Positions 1-7,919 of a DNA stretch of 64,000 nucleotides are shown here, one piece after another (position 1 is the stretch's first letter; each line of letters opens with the position of its first letter). This DNA comes from an uncultured Gammaproteobacteria bacterium (GTDB lineage: Bacteria; Patescibacteriota; Patescibacteriia; Magasanikbacterales; GWA2-37-8), in assembly GCA_964641245.1 (NCBI GenBank), contig CAZXML010000004.1, positions 5,418 to 69,417 of the forward strand. Direction: 5' to 3'. Under the pieces are notes generated by a model, which saw only the letters and a list, made by a program, of their open reading frames with translations, was not told the DNA's origin and did no database searches. A program made the translations under genes and the position numbers.

Positions 1-566
1 TTTCCAATCGGGTGGCTATTATTGCCACTATTCAACCTGAAGGCTACGAGCCAATCGAAGTGGCTTGTACTCATCTGTCTACGTGGACACAGGTTCCACC
101 AAATCATCCCGATTTTTACAGTTGGGAGGATGAGATGATTGCTCAAGTTGACGCTATTTCCAAACGGCTCAAGAAAAGAGCCAAAGATAACCGGCCGTCG
201 CTTTTTCTTGGTGACATGAATGCAGGGCCGGAAATTGGCGATAATATCAGCGAAGAGATGCCGATGGTTTGGAAGCGGATTATGGAACTTGGTTTTTCGA
301 GTCCAGTAACGGAAGTCAAGGAGCCGTTTTGCACCATGTGCAGAACCAACACCTTGCGGCCCAAATCCTCTACGGATACCCTTATTGATCATGTGTTGGT
401 TAGGGACCCGGCCGGAGGTACGGAGCTGGAAACGGAGTCGGTGTATAAGTTTTTTGACCAGCCCCGCAAGTTCGCAGGTTACAACGGCGAGCCGGTCAAA
501 AAACATTTGTCGGATCACTACGGCGTAGTTGTTATCTTTCGTCTGCGAACTGAAAAAGGGGAGTAA
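1..566 (+). CDS. Endonuclease/exonuclease/phosphatase (EEP) family protein, C-terminal part; 5' end lies outside window
   Basis: Frame is open to the window edge (track start at 12 is a GTG). C-terminal motifs LIDHVLV and LSDHYGVV are typical of the EEP-fold catalytic region. Confidence 0.5.
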   Translation, partial: SNRVAIIATIQPEGYEPIEVACTHLSTWTQVPPNHPDFYSWEDEMIAQVDAISKRLKKRAKDNRPSLFLGDMNAGPEIGDNISEEMPMVWKRIMELGFSSPVTEVKEPFCTMCRTNTLRPKSSTDTLIDHVLVRDPAGGTELETESVYKFFDQPRKFAGYNGEPVKKHLSDHYGVVVIFRLRTEKGE

Positions 567-644
567 TATTATTAGTTGCCAGCCCGCCTGGATTAATTTT
601 CGGCGGGCTTTGTTTTTTTCCGCGGAATACGGTATAGTAATTTC

Positions 645-1754
645 ATGCAAAGCGAATTTTCATATAAATTTTATAATACCACCGTTTTGGCCTGGGAGGG
701 GATGCGCCAGGCTCTTTTGGATGCAAAAAAATCAATTTATTGGGAAATTTACACTCTCAACGATGATTTGGCGGGCAGGCCGTTTATAGATATTTTGTGC
801 GCCAAAGCCAAAGCCGGTCTGGACGTAAAATTAATCACCGACGCCATCGGCAGTTTTTATTTATCTAAAGAGGCGATTGGGCGGATAAAAAATGCGGGTA
901 TTAAATTTCTGACTTTTAATCATCTTCGTCCGGATTTTATGGTACAAAATTGGTGGCGGCGCGTCTGGCACCGCACGCACCGCAAAGTTTTAATCATAGA
1001 CGAAGATCTGGCGTTTATAGGCGGGGTAAATATTTCGGATGCTTCTAAAGATTGGTATGATTTACATTTAAAACTTTCCGGAAAAATAGTGCGCCCGATT
1101 TTATTTGGTTTTGCCAAGTCTTATGTGCGGGCCGGAGGAAATAAAAAAGATGTGGAACATTTACTGCACCCTAAATTACTTGCTGGATTAGATGATTTGC
1201 GGGAAAAAGTCAGTTTTATTTTTCATTCGCCGTTGCGCACAACCAACCGTTCTCCTTTTAAAAAAATTTATAAACAAGCCCTGAATACGGCCAAAGAAAG
1301 TTTCAACCTGCTCACGCCGTATTATGTGCCGGACAGGCAATTTTTATCGCTGGTGTCGCAGGCCAAACGCCGGGGAGTGAAAATCAATATTATTTTGCCG
1401 TGGAAAACCGATATCCGCTTAATGCAATATATGGCCACTATGTTTTACGGAATTTCCGCCAAGGCCGGAGCGGCGTTTTATTTTTTAAGAAAAATGAATC
1501 ATGGCAAAGCTTTAAGCCGGGATAATAATCTGGGAATGGTGGGAAGCGCCAATTTAACCCCGCGGAGTTTTTATGTAAACCAGGAAGCGGGCGTAACTTT
1601 CACCCACGAACAGATGGTGGAGGAGTTAAACCATATTTTAGACGACTGGAAAAGTGAAGCCGTGCCTTTAACCGATTTGGGGTTCGGCAATAAGCGCGGT
1701 TGGTACGGAAAATTTAAGGACTGGTGGCTGAATAAATTACATGATTATGTTTAA
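645..1754 (+). CDS. cls: Phospholipase D family protein, cardiolipin synthase-like
   Basis: Two HKD motifs are present: HRKVLIIDEDLAFIGGVNISD and HGKALSRDNNLGMVGSANLTPRSF. Confidence 0.7.
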   Translation: MQSEFSYKFYNTTVLAWEGMRQALLDAKKSIYWEIYTLNDDLAGRPFIDILCAKAKAGLDVKLITDAIGSFYLSKEAIGRIKNAGIKFLTFNHLRPDFMVQNWWRRVWHRTHRKVLIIDEDLAFIGGVNISDASKDWYDLHLKLSGKIVRPILFGFAKSYVRAGGNKKDVEHLLHPKLLAGLDDLREKVSFIFHSPLRTTNRSPFKKIYKQALNTAKESFNLLTPYYVPDRQFLSLVSQAKRRGVKINIILPWKTDIRLMQYMATMFYGISAKAGAAFYFLRKMNHGKALSRDNNLGMVGSANLTPRSFYVNQEAGVTFTHEQMVEELNHILDDWKSEAVPLTDLGFGNKRGWYGKFKDWWLNKLHDYV

Positions 1755-1760
1755 TAAAAG

Positions 1761-1805
1761 AGCCCTCTCCGTTCGCCTAGGCGAACAGAGAGGGCTTATT
1801 TTGTT
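1761..1805. terminator. Bidirectional rho-independent terminator between convergent genes
   Basis: Hairpin AGCCCTCTC...GAGAGGGCT is followed by TATTTTGTT. It sits between the cls stop codon and the stop of the minus-strand protease gene. Confidence 0.55.
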
Positions 1806-1815
1806 ATGGCGCATG

Positions 1816-2775
1816 CTATTGGCGCGGCATGGGCAATCTTTCCGGCTTGGACTGATGAAGTTCTGACATGTTGGGGTAATGATTATTGATCTGTTCGATT
1901 AGTTTTTCGGTAGAGGGGCCGTTAGTATCGCCATTTTTTGTTTCTTTTACAGACGACGCACTCATCTTGTGCGGGTACGTATCGGCGCGAATTTGCGCCC
2001 AAACTGATTTTGCTCGGCTGACCGGAATTGTTACTACGCTCGGCGAATTGCTCAATCGGCCAACGACAATGGCCACGATGGCTTTTTGCCGAACACTGGC
2101 GACAGATGAGCCGGACGAGCCTGGCCCGACTTCGCCCTGGAGAAACATGTTGTTTGTCCAGTTGATGTCGTTGAAAACAAGATTGCGAAGCACTTTTGTC
2201 AGGCTGACACTGCCGCGAAAGAGCTGTTTGCCGTAGCCGCCCGGACAGGCGACATTGGTGATATTTTCTCCAAGCGTGGCATCGTTTTCTGCCAGGGGGA
2301 TGATTTCAATATCACGATCCAATTCTGCCGCCAGGAACAACAGGTCATCTCCCGCGTGCTGGTAGCCGGCACCGACGATTGTGATTGGGTAGTAAGGCCC
2401 GGCTTGAAGATCGTCATTGAAGTTGATGAAAAAATCTTCTTTGCTTATGTTCACGTGGCCGGACAGAGCGTCGTCTTCTGCTGCGCAATGAGCGGCGCTG
2501 ATAAGGTAGGTAATCTTACCCTCCTTGGCAAACACTGTGGCTGTGCACAAAAATCTTTTATCACCGTCTTCATTGACAAAGAGCTGGGCCGTTGCCTGGT
2601 AAAACTTTTTTTCCAGGGGGCTCATTTCTGTTGCCACTGAAATTGTAGCGGTGTCGTGGTTTGACCCTTTTACAGCTGCACAGGCCGCCACCAAGACGAA
2701 CGCCAGGGACATCAGAACTACACCCATTGAGACGCCGATCTTTTTCATCGCACTTCTCCTTCGTGTTGTGGTCAA
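1816..2775 (-). CDS. Secreted trypsin-like (S1) serine protease, probable lipoprotein
   Basis: Signal peptide with an LVAAC lipobox-like end. His-motif LISAAHCA and a Ser-rich GPGSSGSS region are present. Codon usage and GC are visibly richer than the flanks. Confidence 0.5.
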   Translation of the reverse strand: MTTTRRRSAMKKIGVSMGVVLMSLAFVLVAACAAVKGSNHDTATISVATEMSPLEKKFYQATAQLFVNEDGDKRFLCTATVFAKEGKITYLISAAHCAAEDDALSGHVNISKEDFFINFNDDLQAGPYYPITIVGAGYQHAGDDLLFLAAELDRDIEIIPLAENDATLGENITNVACPGGYGKQLFRGSVSLTKVLRNLVFNDINWTNNMFLQGEVGPGSSGSSVASVRQKAIVAIVVGRLSNSPSVVTIPVSRAKSVWAQIRADTYPHKMSASSVKETKNGDTNGPSTEKLIEQINNHYPNMSELHQSKPERLPMPRQ

Positions 2776-2844
2776 ATATGGCCACAGAGTATTATCTTAG
2801 CACGTATATTAAAAAGACACAATTTTTATAGACTAATTAAAGTA

Positions 2845-3639
2845 TTGATGCTAATATTATACAGGAGGGAATTAAATTTTATCACAGCAACTATTATGCG
2901 ACTAACATTTCTCGGCACAAACGGCTGGTATGATTCCGGCACCGGCAATACGCCATCGGCATTACTCGAGACGGAAAAATATTATATTATTTTTGATGCC
3001 GGTTTTGGGTTGGCAAAGGTGGGAGATTACATCAAAGACGACAAGCCAATTTTTTTATTTCTTAGCCATTTTCATATAGACCATATTTGCGGTTTGCATG
3101 CCTTGCCGAAATTTAATTTTAAACAGGGGCTGACCATTTTTGGCCGGAAGGATTTAAAAAAACTTTTCAAAACAGTGATTAATCATCCTTTTTCCGCGCC
3201 GTTGGAATATCTGCGGTATAAAGTAAACCTGGTTCCTCTTAAAGAGGGCAGTTATACACAACCGTTTGATTTTTCCTGTAAGCAATTAAAACACATGGAT
3301 TCCGCCATGGGTTACCGCCTGAATGTTGACGGCAAAATCATTGTTTATTGTTCGGACACAGCCATTTGCGATAATGACCGGCTGTTGGCGCAAGATGCCG
3401 ACTTGCTTATTCATGAGTGCACCTTTGTGCCTGGCGAGGTTTCCGATTGGGGTCATTCCAGACCAGAGGAAGTGGCCGAATTGGCCTTAAAAGCCAATGT
3501 AAAGCAACTGGCCCTAACTCATTTTGGCGCCGCCGGGTATAACAGTTTAGCAGTACGGCAAAACGCTGAAGACGTAGCCAAACAGATTTTTCCAAATACT
3601 ACAGCCACTACCGACGGCCTTGAAATCGTGATATACTAG
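2845..3639 (+). CDS. MBL-fold metallo-hydrolase (RNase Z-like)
   Basis: FLSHFHIDHICGL zinc-binding motif and a downstream His/Asp pattern. The true start may be the internal Met at 2896 (MRLTFLGTNG). Confidence 0.65.
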   Translation: MMLILYRRELNFITATIMRLTFLGTNGWYDSGTGNTPSALLETEKYYIIFDAGFGLAKVGDYIKDDKPIFLFLSHFHIDHICGLHALPKFNFKQGLTIFGRKDLKKLFKTVINHPFSAPLEYLRYKVNLVPLKEGSYTQPFDFSCKQLKHMDSAMGYRLNVDGKIIVYCSDTAICDNDRLLAQDADLLIHECTFVPGEVSDWGHSRPEEVAELALKANVKQLALTHFGAAGYNSLAVRQNAEDVAKQIFPNTTATTDGLEIVIY

Positions 3640-3646
3640 ATTTTGT

Positions 3647-4357
3647 ATGTTAACCTACTTTTGGACGAGTTATCTATATCAGCCGGTATTTAACGCGCTA
3701 ATTTGGATTTACCTTAATATCGCCGAGCGTAATTTGGGCTGGTCCGTGGTTTGGCTCACTATTTTTTTACGTATCATTCTTTTACCGCTCACTTTAATTT
3801 CCGAACGCGATGCCGTTAGGCAAGAAAACGTGGAAGAAGAAGCCCGCCATGCGGCCAAAGCGTTTAAGAACGATGCCGTGGCGCAAAAAGAAGAAATCAG
3901 AAAAATAATGAAGAAAAACCGGGTTTCTCCATGGGCCAAGGTCATGTCCATTGGTCTTCAGTTATTGGTCTTAATACTTTTATACCAGGTTTTCGTCCGG
4001 GGTATAACCGGAGACCGGGTAATCAAGTTTTTATATCTGTGGATAGATTTTCCCGGTAAAATGAACGTTGATTTTTACGGTTTCAACATCGGCAACCGCC
4101 ACGACAGTCTTTGGGCCGGAGCAACCGCATTGTATCTTTTCTTTTCAATTTATTTAGGAGAAGGCCCTAGCCGTAAAAAAGACCAGTCCAGAACCACCTT
4201 CATGTTCCTTTTCCCGCTTTTTACCTTTTTGGCCCTGTGGCTATTACCCATGGTAAAATCCCTCTTCATTTTGACTTCCATGATATTTTCTGATACTATT
4301 ACTTTAATCAGAATGATGATTTTCCCCAAGAAAAAAGAGGTTTTAAAAAAGAAATAA
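3647..4357 (+). CDS. yidC: YidC/Oxa1-family membrane protein insertase (short form), tentative
   Basis: Pattern IFLRIILLPLT ... charged linker ... SPWAKVMSIGLQLLVLILLYQ parallels the conserved YidC core (LLPLT ... NPLGGCLPLLIQMPILIALYQ). Multiple transmembrane segments. Confidence 0.45.
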   Translation: MLTYFWTSYLYQPVFNALIWIYLNIAERNLGWSVVWLTIFLRIILLPLTLISERDAVRQENVEEEARHAAKAFKNDAVAQKEEIRKIMKKNRVSPWAKVMSIGLQLLVLILLYQVFVRGITGDRVIKFLYLWIDFPGKMNVDFYGFNIGNRHDSLWAGATALYLFFSIYLGEGPSRKKDQSRTTFMFLFPLFTFLALWLLPMVKSLFILTSMIFSDTITLIRMMIFPKKKEVLKKK

Positions 4358-4362
4358 TCATT

Positions 4363-4424
4363 GTCATCCTGAACTTGTTTCAGGATCTACACGATAAAGA
4401 TGCTGAAATAAATTCAGCATGACA
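4363..4424. repeat. Family A palindromic element (hairpin pair TGTCATCCTGAACTTGTTTCAGGATC ... GATGCTGAAATAAATTCAGCATGACA)
   Basis: Two inverted hairpin units separated by about 10 bp. Termini are TGTCAT/ATGACA. Same family as 12889, 30926, 37734, 39325 and 40899. Confidence 0.75.
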
Positions 4425-4440
4425 GCTAAATTTAAATTCT

Positions 4441-5007
4441 ATGTCCGGAGATTCCTTCGACAAATTAATGTATTCATTTGTAATGGATGATGTTTTAAAG
4501 GGGATTTTTATAAGCGTTCCTCCCGGATACGTGGCTTGTGTTTACGATTTGGGCAGAGGCGTATTAAAAAAGGTTTTAACACCCGGTCTTCATTTAAAAA
4601 TTCCGTTTTGGCAAAAAGCCAAATTATTCAATACGCAAACCTTGGAATACAGTATTTCCCGCCAATTTAATCCGGAACACGAAAAAGCCTTGGGCGACAT
4701 TCCAATTGCCGCCGGCACCAAAGACGGCCAGCGCTGTGGGGTGGAAGGAACAATTTTATTGCGTCTGGATGTGCATCAGGTGCCGTCTATCTGGCAAACA
4801 ATCGGGGAAGACTTTGTGGCCAAAATTGTGCGCCCCACTATCCGCAGCCGCATACGCATGGTATTCTCCAAATTTGATTACCAAGACATAGTTGGCGCCA
4901 AAAGAGACGCGGTAGAAATGGAATTAAAGAATGAGCTGGAAAGAATTTTCTATGCCCGCGGAATCTATGTAGAAAATGTTTTGTTAAGCGAAATCGCCAA
5001 AATTTAA
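4441..5007 (+). CDS. SPFH/band-7 (prohibitin/HflC-like) domain protein, short
   Basis: PGLHLKIPFWQKA and downstream SPFH-core pattern. It lacks an N-terminal transmembrane segment and the C-terminal extension of typical family members. Confidence 0.55.
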   Translation: MSGDSFDKLMYSFVMDDVLKGIFISVPPGYVACVYDLGRGVLKKVLTPGLHLKIPFWQKAKLFNTQTLEYSISRQFNPEHEKALGDIPIAAGTKDGQRCGVEGTILLRLDVHQVPSIWQTIGEDFVAKIVRPTIRSRIRMVFSKFDYQDIVGAKRDAVEMELKNELERIFYARGIYVENVLLSEIAKI

Positions 5008-5025
5008 CAGGCACAGTACAAGACA

Positions 5026-5051
5026 AAAAGCCCCTCTTGACGGGGCTTTTT
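5026..5051 (+). terminator. Rho-independent terminator
   Basis: AAAAGCCCC TCTTGAC GGGGCTTTTT hairpin plus T-run, directly after the SPFH gene. Confidence 0.7.
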
Positions 5052-5063
5052 AAGTGTGGTATA

Positions 5064-5090
5064 TTATCACTCGTAAGGTTGGAGTGATAA
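5064..5090. promoter_or_regulatory. CIRCE-like HrcA operator (TTATCACTC-N9-GAGTGATAA)
   Basis: Perfect 9-bp inverted repeat with a 9-bp spacer, 10 bp upstream of hrcA. It differs from the canonical TTAGCACTC-N9-GAGTGCTAA at one position per half-site. Confidence 0.7.
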
Positions 5091-5099
5091 TAACACCCT

Positions 5100-5780
5100 A
5101 TGAATAGTCGTGGTGAAAAAATCTTAAATTTAGTCATTGAAAGCTATATTGCCAACGCCGAACCCGTGGGTTCCAAGTTTTTGGTTTCTGTGGGTGGTTT
5201 GGATTTGGGCGAAGCTACTATTCGCAATGAATTGCGTGCGCTAGAAGAAGAGGGCTTTTTAACTCATCCGCACACTTCGGCCGGAAGAATTCCCACGGAA
5301 AAAGGCTATAAACACTATATTAAAAATCTAAATTTAGCCAAAAGCCACATCTCCAAAAACGACGGTAAAATCCTATCAAATTCCTTGGAAAAAGACACCG
5401 ACCACGAATCATCTTTTAAAAATATGGCCAAAACAATGGTGGAGTTATCCAACGAAACCGTGGTCATTGCTTTTTCACCGGAAAATATATACTATACCGG
5501 TTTATCCAATCTTTTTAACAAGCCGGAATTTACCGAACTAAGTTTGGTAGCCGGCATCTCCGAAATGTTTGACCACTGCGAAGAAAGTCTGGAAGGTTTT
5601 TTTGATAAAGTAGACGTTAACCCGCAATATTTTATCGGCGACGAACATCCTTTCGGCGAAATGCTTAGCGTGGTGTCCATGCGCTTTGGAAAAGACGGAT
5701 TGGTGGCGCTATTGGGACCGAAACGAATGGATTACAAATACAATTTTGGTTTAATGAAAAAATTGTTAGAATTAATTTAA
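5100..5780 (+). CDS. hrcA: Heat-inducible transcription repressor HrcA (short form)
   Basis: N-terminal wHTH EPVGSKFLV...ATIRNELRALEEEGFLTHPHTSAGRIPTEKGY. Sits upstream of grpE. Confidence 0.85.
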   Translation: MNSRGEKILNLVIESYIANAEPVGSKFLVSVGGLDLGEATIRNELRALEEEGFLTHPHTSAGRIPTEKGYKHYIKNLNLAKSHISKNDGKILSNSLEKDTDHESSFKNMAKTMVELSNETVVIAFSPENIYYTGLSNLFNKPEFTELSLVAGISEMFDHCEESLEGFFDKVDVNPQYFIGDEHPFGEMLSVVSMRFGKDGLVALLGPKRMDYKYNFGLMKKLLELI

Positions 5781-5833
5781 CCTCCCCATCAATTCTCTCC
5801 CCTTTTAGGGGAGAGACAGAGAGAGGGGTATCG
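5781..5833. repeat. Family F palindromic repeat (CTCTCCCCTTTTAGGGGAGAGACAGAGAGAGGGGTAT)
   Basis: Single copy between hrcA and grpE. Same family as the clusters at 6684-6834, 7214-7394, 28648-28761 and 57836-57880. Confidence 0.8.
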
Positions 5834-5863
5834 TAAGTAATACTTTAATAATACAAAATATTT

Positions 5864-6343
5864 ATGTCAGACGAAGAAATAAAAGAAGAAAATTTAGAAA
5901 ATTCTGAACCTGTTAAATCCGAAGCCGAAGAATACAAAGCCAATTGGCAACGGGCTTTGGCGGATTACCGGAATCTGCAAAAAGAAACCATGGCCATGCG
6001 GTCGCAGTGGGCCAAAATGAGTGAAGAAAATATTTTGCAGAATTTTATTCCGGTTTATGAGTACCTGAAATTAGCAATTAACAACGAACAACTAGCAAAT
6101 GATAAAAACCCTTGGTTGGAAGGTGTTAGACACGTTATACGTCAGTTTGCAGGGGTTTTGAAATCTTACGGGGTAGAAGAAATAAAAACAGTGGGCGAAA
6201 AGTTTGACCCCCATTGGCACGAAGCGATTGGTGAAGAAGAAGCCGAAGACCGCGAGGCCGGGTTCATCCTAAAAGAAGTGGAAAGCGGATATAAAATGGG
6301 TGACAAAGTAATAAAACCAGCCAGGGTAATAATTTCTAAATAA
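5864..6343 (+). CDS. grpE: Nucleotide exchange factor GrpE
   Basis: EYKANWQRALADYRNLQKE and the GrpE C-terminal beta domain. Position is between hrcA and dnaK. Confidence 0.85.
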   Translation: MSDEEIKEENLENSEPVKSEAEEYKANWQRALADYRNLQKETMAMRSQWAKMSEENILQNFIPVYEYLKLAINNEQLANDKNPWLEGVRHVIRQFAGVLKSYGVEEIKTVGEKFDPHWHEAIGEEEAEDREAGFILKEVESGYKMGDKVIKPARVIISK

Positions 6344-6348
6344 TAAGT

Positions 6349-6672
6349 ATGGCACCAGAAAAAGGCGAGGAAGATTTTTTTGGGCAAATAGAACCCAAAG
6401 AAAGCAGGAAAGCAGGCAGAGAAATAGCCGTTAATGTTCCGCTGTTTTCAACGGATAGAACACAAAGTTTTAAAGAATATAGCCGGGTGATAACGGAAGC
6501 GGAAAAAATGGCTCAAAATGCCGATTTAATACAAATGGTTAACGATAAAAAATTGCACTTTACCGTATTATATCGTCTTAGCGATGAGTATGAAATTAAC
6601 GGCCGGCCAGACCCAAAAAATCTAAAAGAAAAAGTTAAAACCGCCATTTTACAGCTAATGTCGCGGATGTAA
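6349..6672 (+). CDS. Hypothetical protein
   Basis: 107-aa ORF immediately after grpE. No recognisable motif. Confidence 0.35.
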   Translation: MAPEKGEEDFFGQIEPKESRKAGREIAVNVPLFSTDRTQSFKEYSRVITEAEKMAQNADLIQMVNDKKLHFTVLYRLSDEYEINGRPDPKNLKEKVKTAILQLMSRM

Positions 6673-6683
6673 AAAAATAATTT

Positions 6684-6834
6684 CCTCTTTCGTCCCTCCC
6701 CCTTTTAGGGGGAGGACAGAGGAAGGGGTATCTCGGCGGGTTCTCTCCCTATTAGGGGAGAGATAAAGAGAGGGGTATTTCACTCAATCACTCTCTCCCC
6801 TTTTAGGGGAGAGACAGAGAGATGGGTATTCGGT
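6684..6834. repeat. Family F palindromic repeats, three tandem copies
   Basis: Three ~45-50 bp units, each with core CCCCTTTTAGGGG/CCCTATTAGGGG and tail AGAGAGGGGTAT. They abut the start of the DUF559 gene. Confidence 0.8.
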
Positions 6835-6841
6835 AATCGCG

Positions 6842-7231
6842 TTGAGTATGATCAAAAAATACATCTACAAAAATGCCCACAAACTAAAAGACATACGCCA
6901 ATCACTCCGCGCCAACCCCACCAAGGCCGAAGAGATTCTCTGGCAACACTTAAGACGCAATCAATTAGGTTTTAAATTTCGCAGACAATTCAGCATAAAT
7001 AGTGTAGTCGTGGATTTTTGTAGCGAGCAATTAAAGCTGGTTATAGAAATCGACGGCTGGACGCATGATTTTGAGAAAACACAATTAAAGGATGCACGGA
7101 AACAGAAAATGTTAGAGGAGAATGGGTATAAAGTTGTGCGGTATACAAATGAACAGGTTTATGGGGATATCGGAGTGTTGGTTGGTGGTATAAAGAAAAT
7201 TTGCGACAGCAGGGCTTCCTTCCCCTTTTAG
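6842..7231 (+). CDS. DUF559 endonuclease-domain protein (Vsr-like fold family)
   Basis: AEEILWQHLRRNQLGFKFRRQFSINSVVVDFCSEQLKLVIEIDGWTHD...GYKVVRYTNEQV matches the DUF559 signature. The last seven codons lie inside a family F repeat. Confidence 0.7.
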   Translation: MSMIKKYIYKNAHKLKDIRQSLRANPTKAEEILWQHLRRNQLGFKFRRQFSINSVVVDFCSEQLKLVIEIDGWTHDFEKTQLKDARKQKMLEENGYKVVRYTNEQVYGDIGVLVGGIKKICDSRASFPF

Positions 7232-7394
7232 GGGAAGGACAGAGGATGGGGTATCTGTAGAACAATGTTTACGAACGAATACCCCCACCCTGCCCTCCCC
7301 CTAAAAGGGGGAGGAACGAGACAACGACAAATAGTAGTCAGTACGCTCAATCGCTCCCGCCCCTTTTAGGGGAGGGATAGAGGGAGGGGTATTT
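7214..7394. repeat. Family F palindromic repeats, three copies (middle copy inverted)
   Basis: GCTTCCTTCCCCTTTTAGGGGAAGG..., then ATACCCCCACCCTGCCCTCCCCCTAAAAGGGGGAGGAACGA, then CTCCCGCCCCTTTTAGGGGAGGGATAGAGGGAGGGGTAT. The middle unit is near-identical to 28727-28761. Confidence 0.8.
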
Positions 7395-7420
7395 GTTCGT
7401 TTGAGATAAAAAAATAAATT

Positions 7421-7918
7421 ATGAATGTAGAAATTAGAGAATATATAGAAAGTGATTTTCAAGAATTAGTAAATTGTATAAATAGTTTTGAGGATTACTA
7501 TGCTTTTTTGAGTGGAAATCAAAGAAAAAGTCGCTCGCCAGATTTTGGCGAAAAATTTACACCATTCCTTATTCAAAAAACAAAAAGTCAAAATGGTCAG
7601 ATATTGGTGGCGAAGCAAGGCAGTACCATAATTGGTTTTGCCGCAGGGATTATATTAGAGCAGGACGCGTTTGATAGGGTTGCAAATGGAGAGAATAAAT
7701 ATGGCGTGGTACAAGAGTTGTTTGTGAAAGAGGATTATAGAAATAATAGTATTGGAAAACAGTTACTTGAAAAATTAGAAAATCATTTTAAAGAGCAAGA
7801 TTGTACTGCAATTAAAATAGAAATAGATTATATAAATAAAGAGGTCGAACATTTTTATCAAAAAGTCGGATATAAACCAAGAAGCACAATCGTATATAAA
7901 TCAATAATAAAACAATAA
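7421..7918 (+). CDS. GNAT family N-acetyltransferase
   Basis: Acetyl-CoA-binding segment [23 protein letters not shown]. Size is 165 aa. Confidence 0.7.
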   Translation: MNVEIREYIESDFQELVNCINSFEDYYAFLSGNQRKSRSPDFGEKFTPFLIQKTKSQNGQILVAKQGSTIIGFAAGIILEQDAFDRVANGENKYGVVQELFVKEDYRNNSIGKQLLEKLENHFKEQDCTAIKIEIDYINKEVEHFYQKVGYKPRSTIVYKSIIKQ

Positions 7919-7919
7919 T

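Noticed and set aside
3647-4357. Assigning the 236-aa membrane protein confidently as YidC
   Set aside because: The motif resemblance is suggestive but the protein is short. The call is kept at low confidence rather than stated as fact.
6684-7394. Possible CRISPR array, because several ~45-bp direct repeats sit close together
   Set aside because: Units differ in sequence and orientation (the middle unit of the second cluster is inverted). Spacing is irregular (0-25 bp). There are no unique spacers of uniform length and no cas genes. This is better explained as clustered palindromic (REP/MITE-like) repeats.
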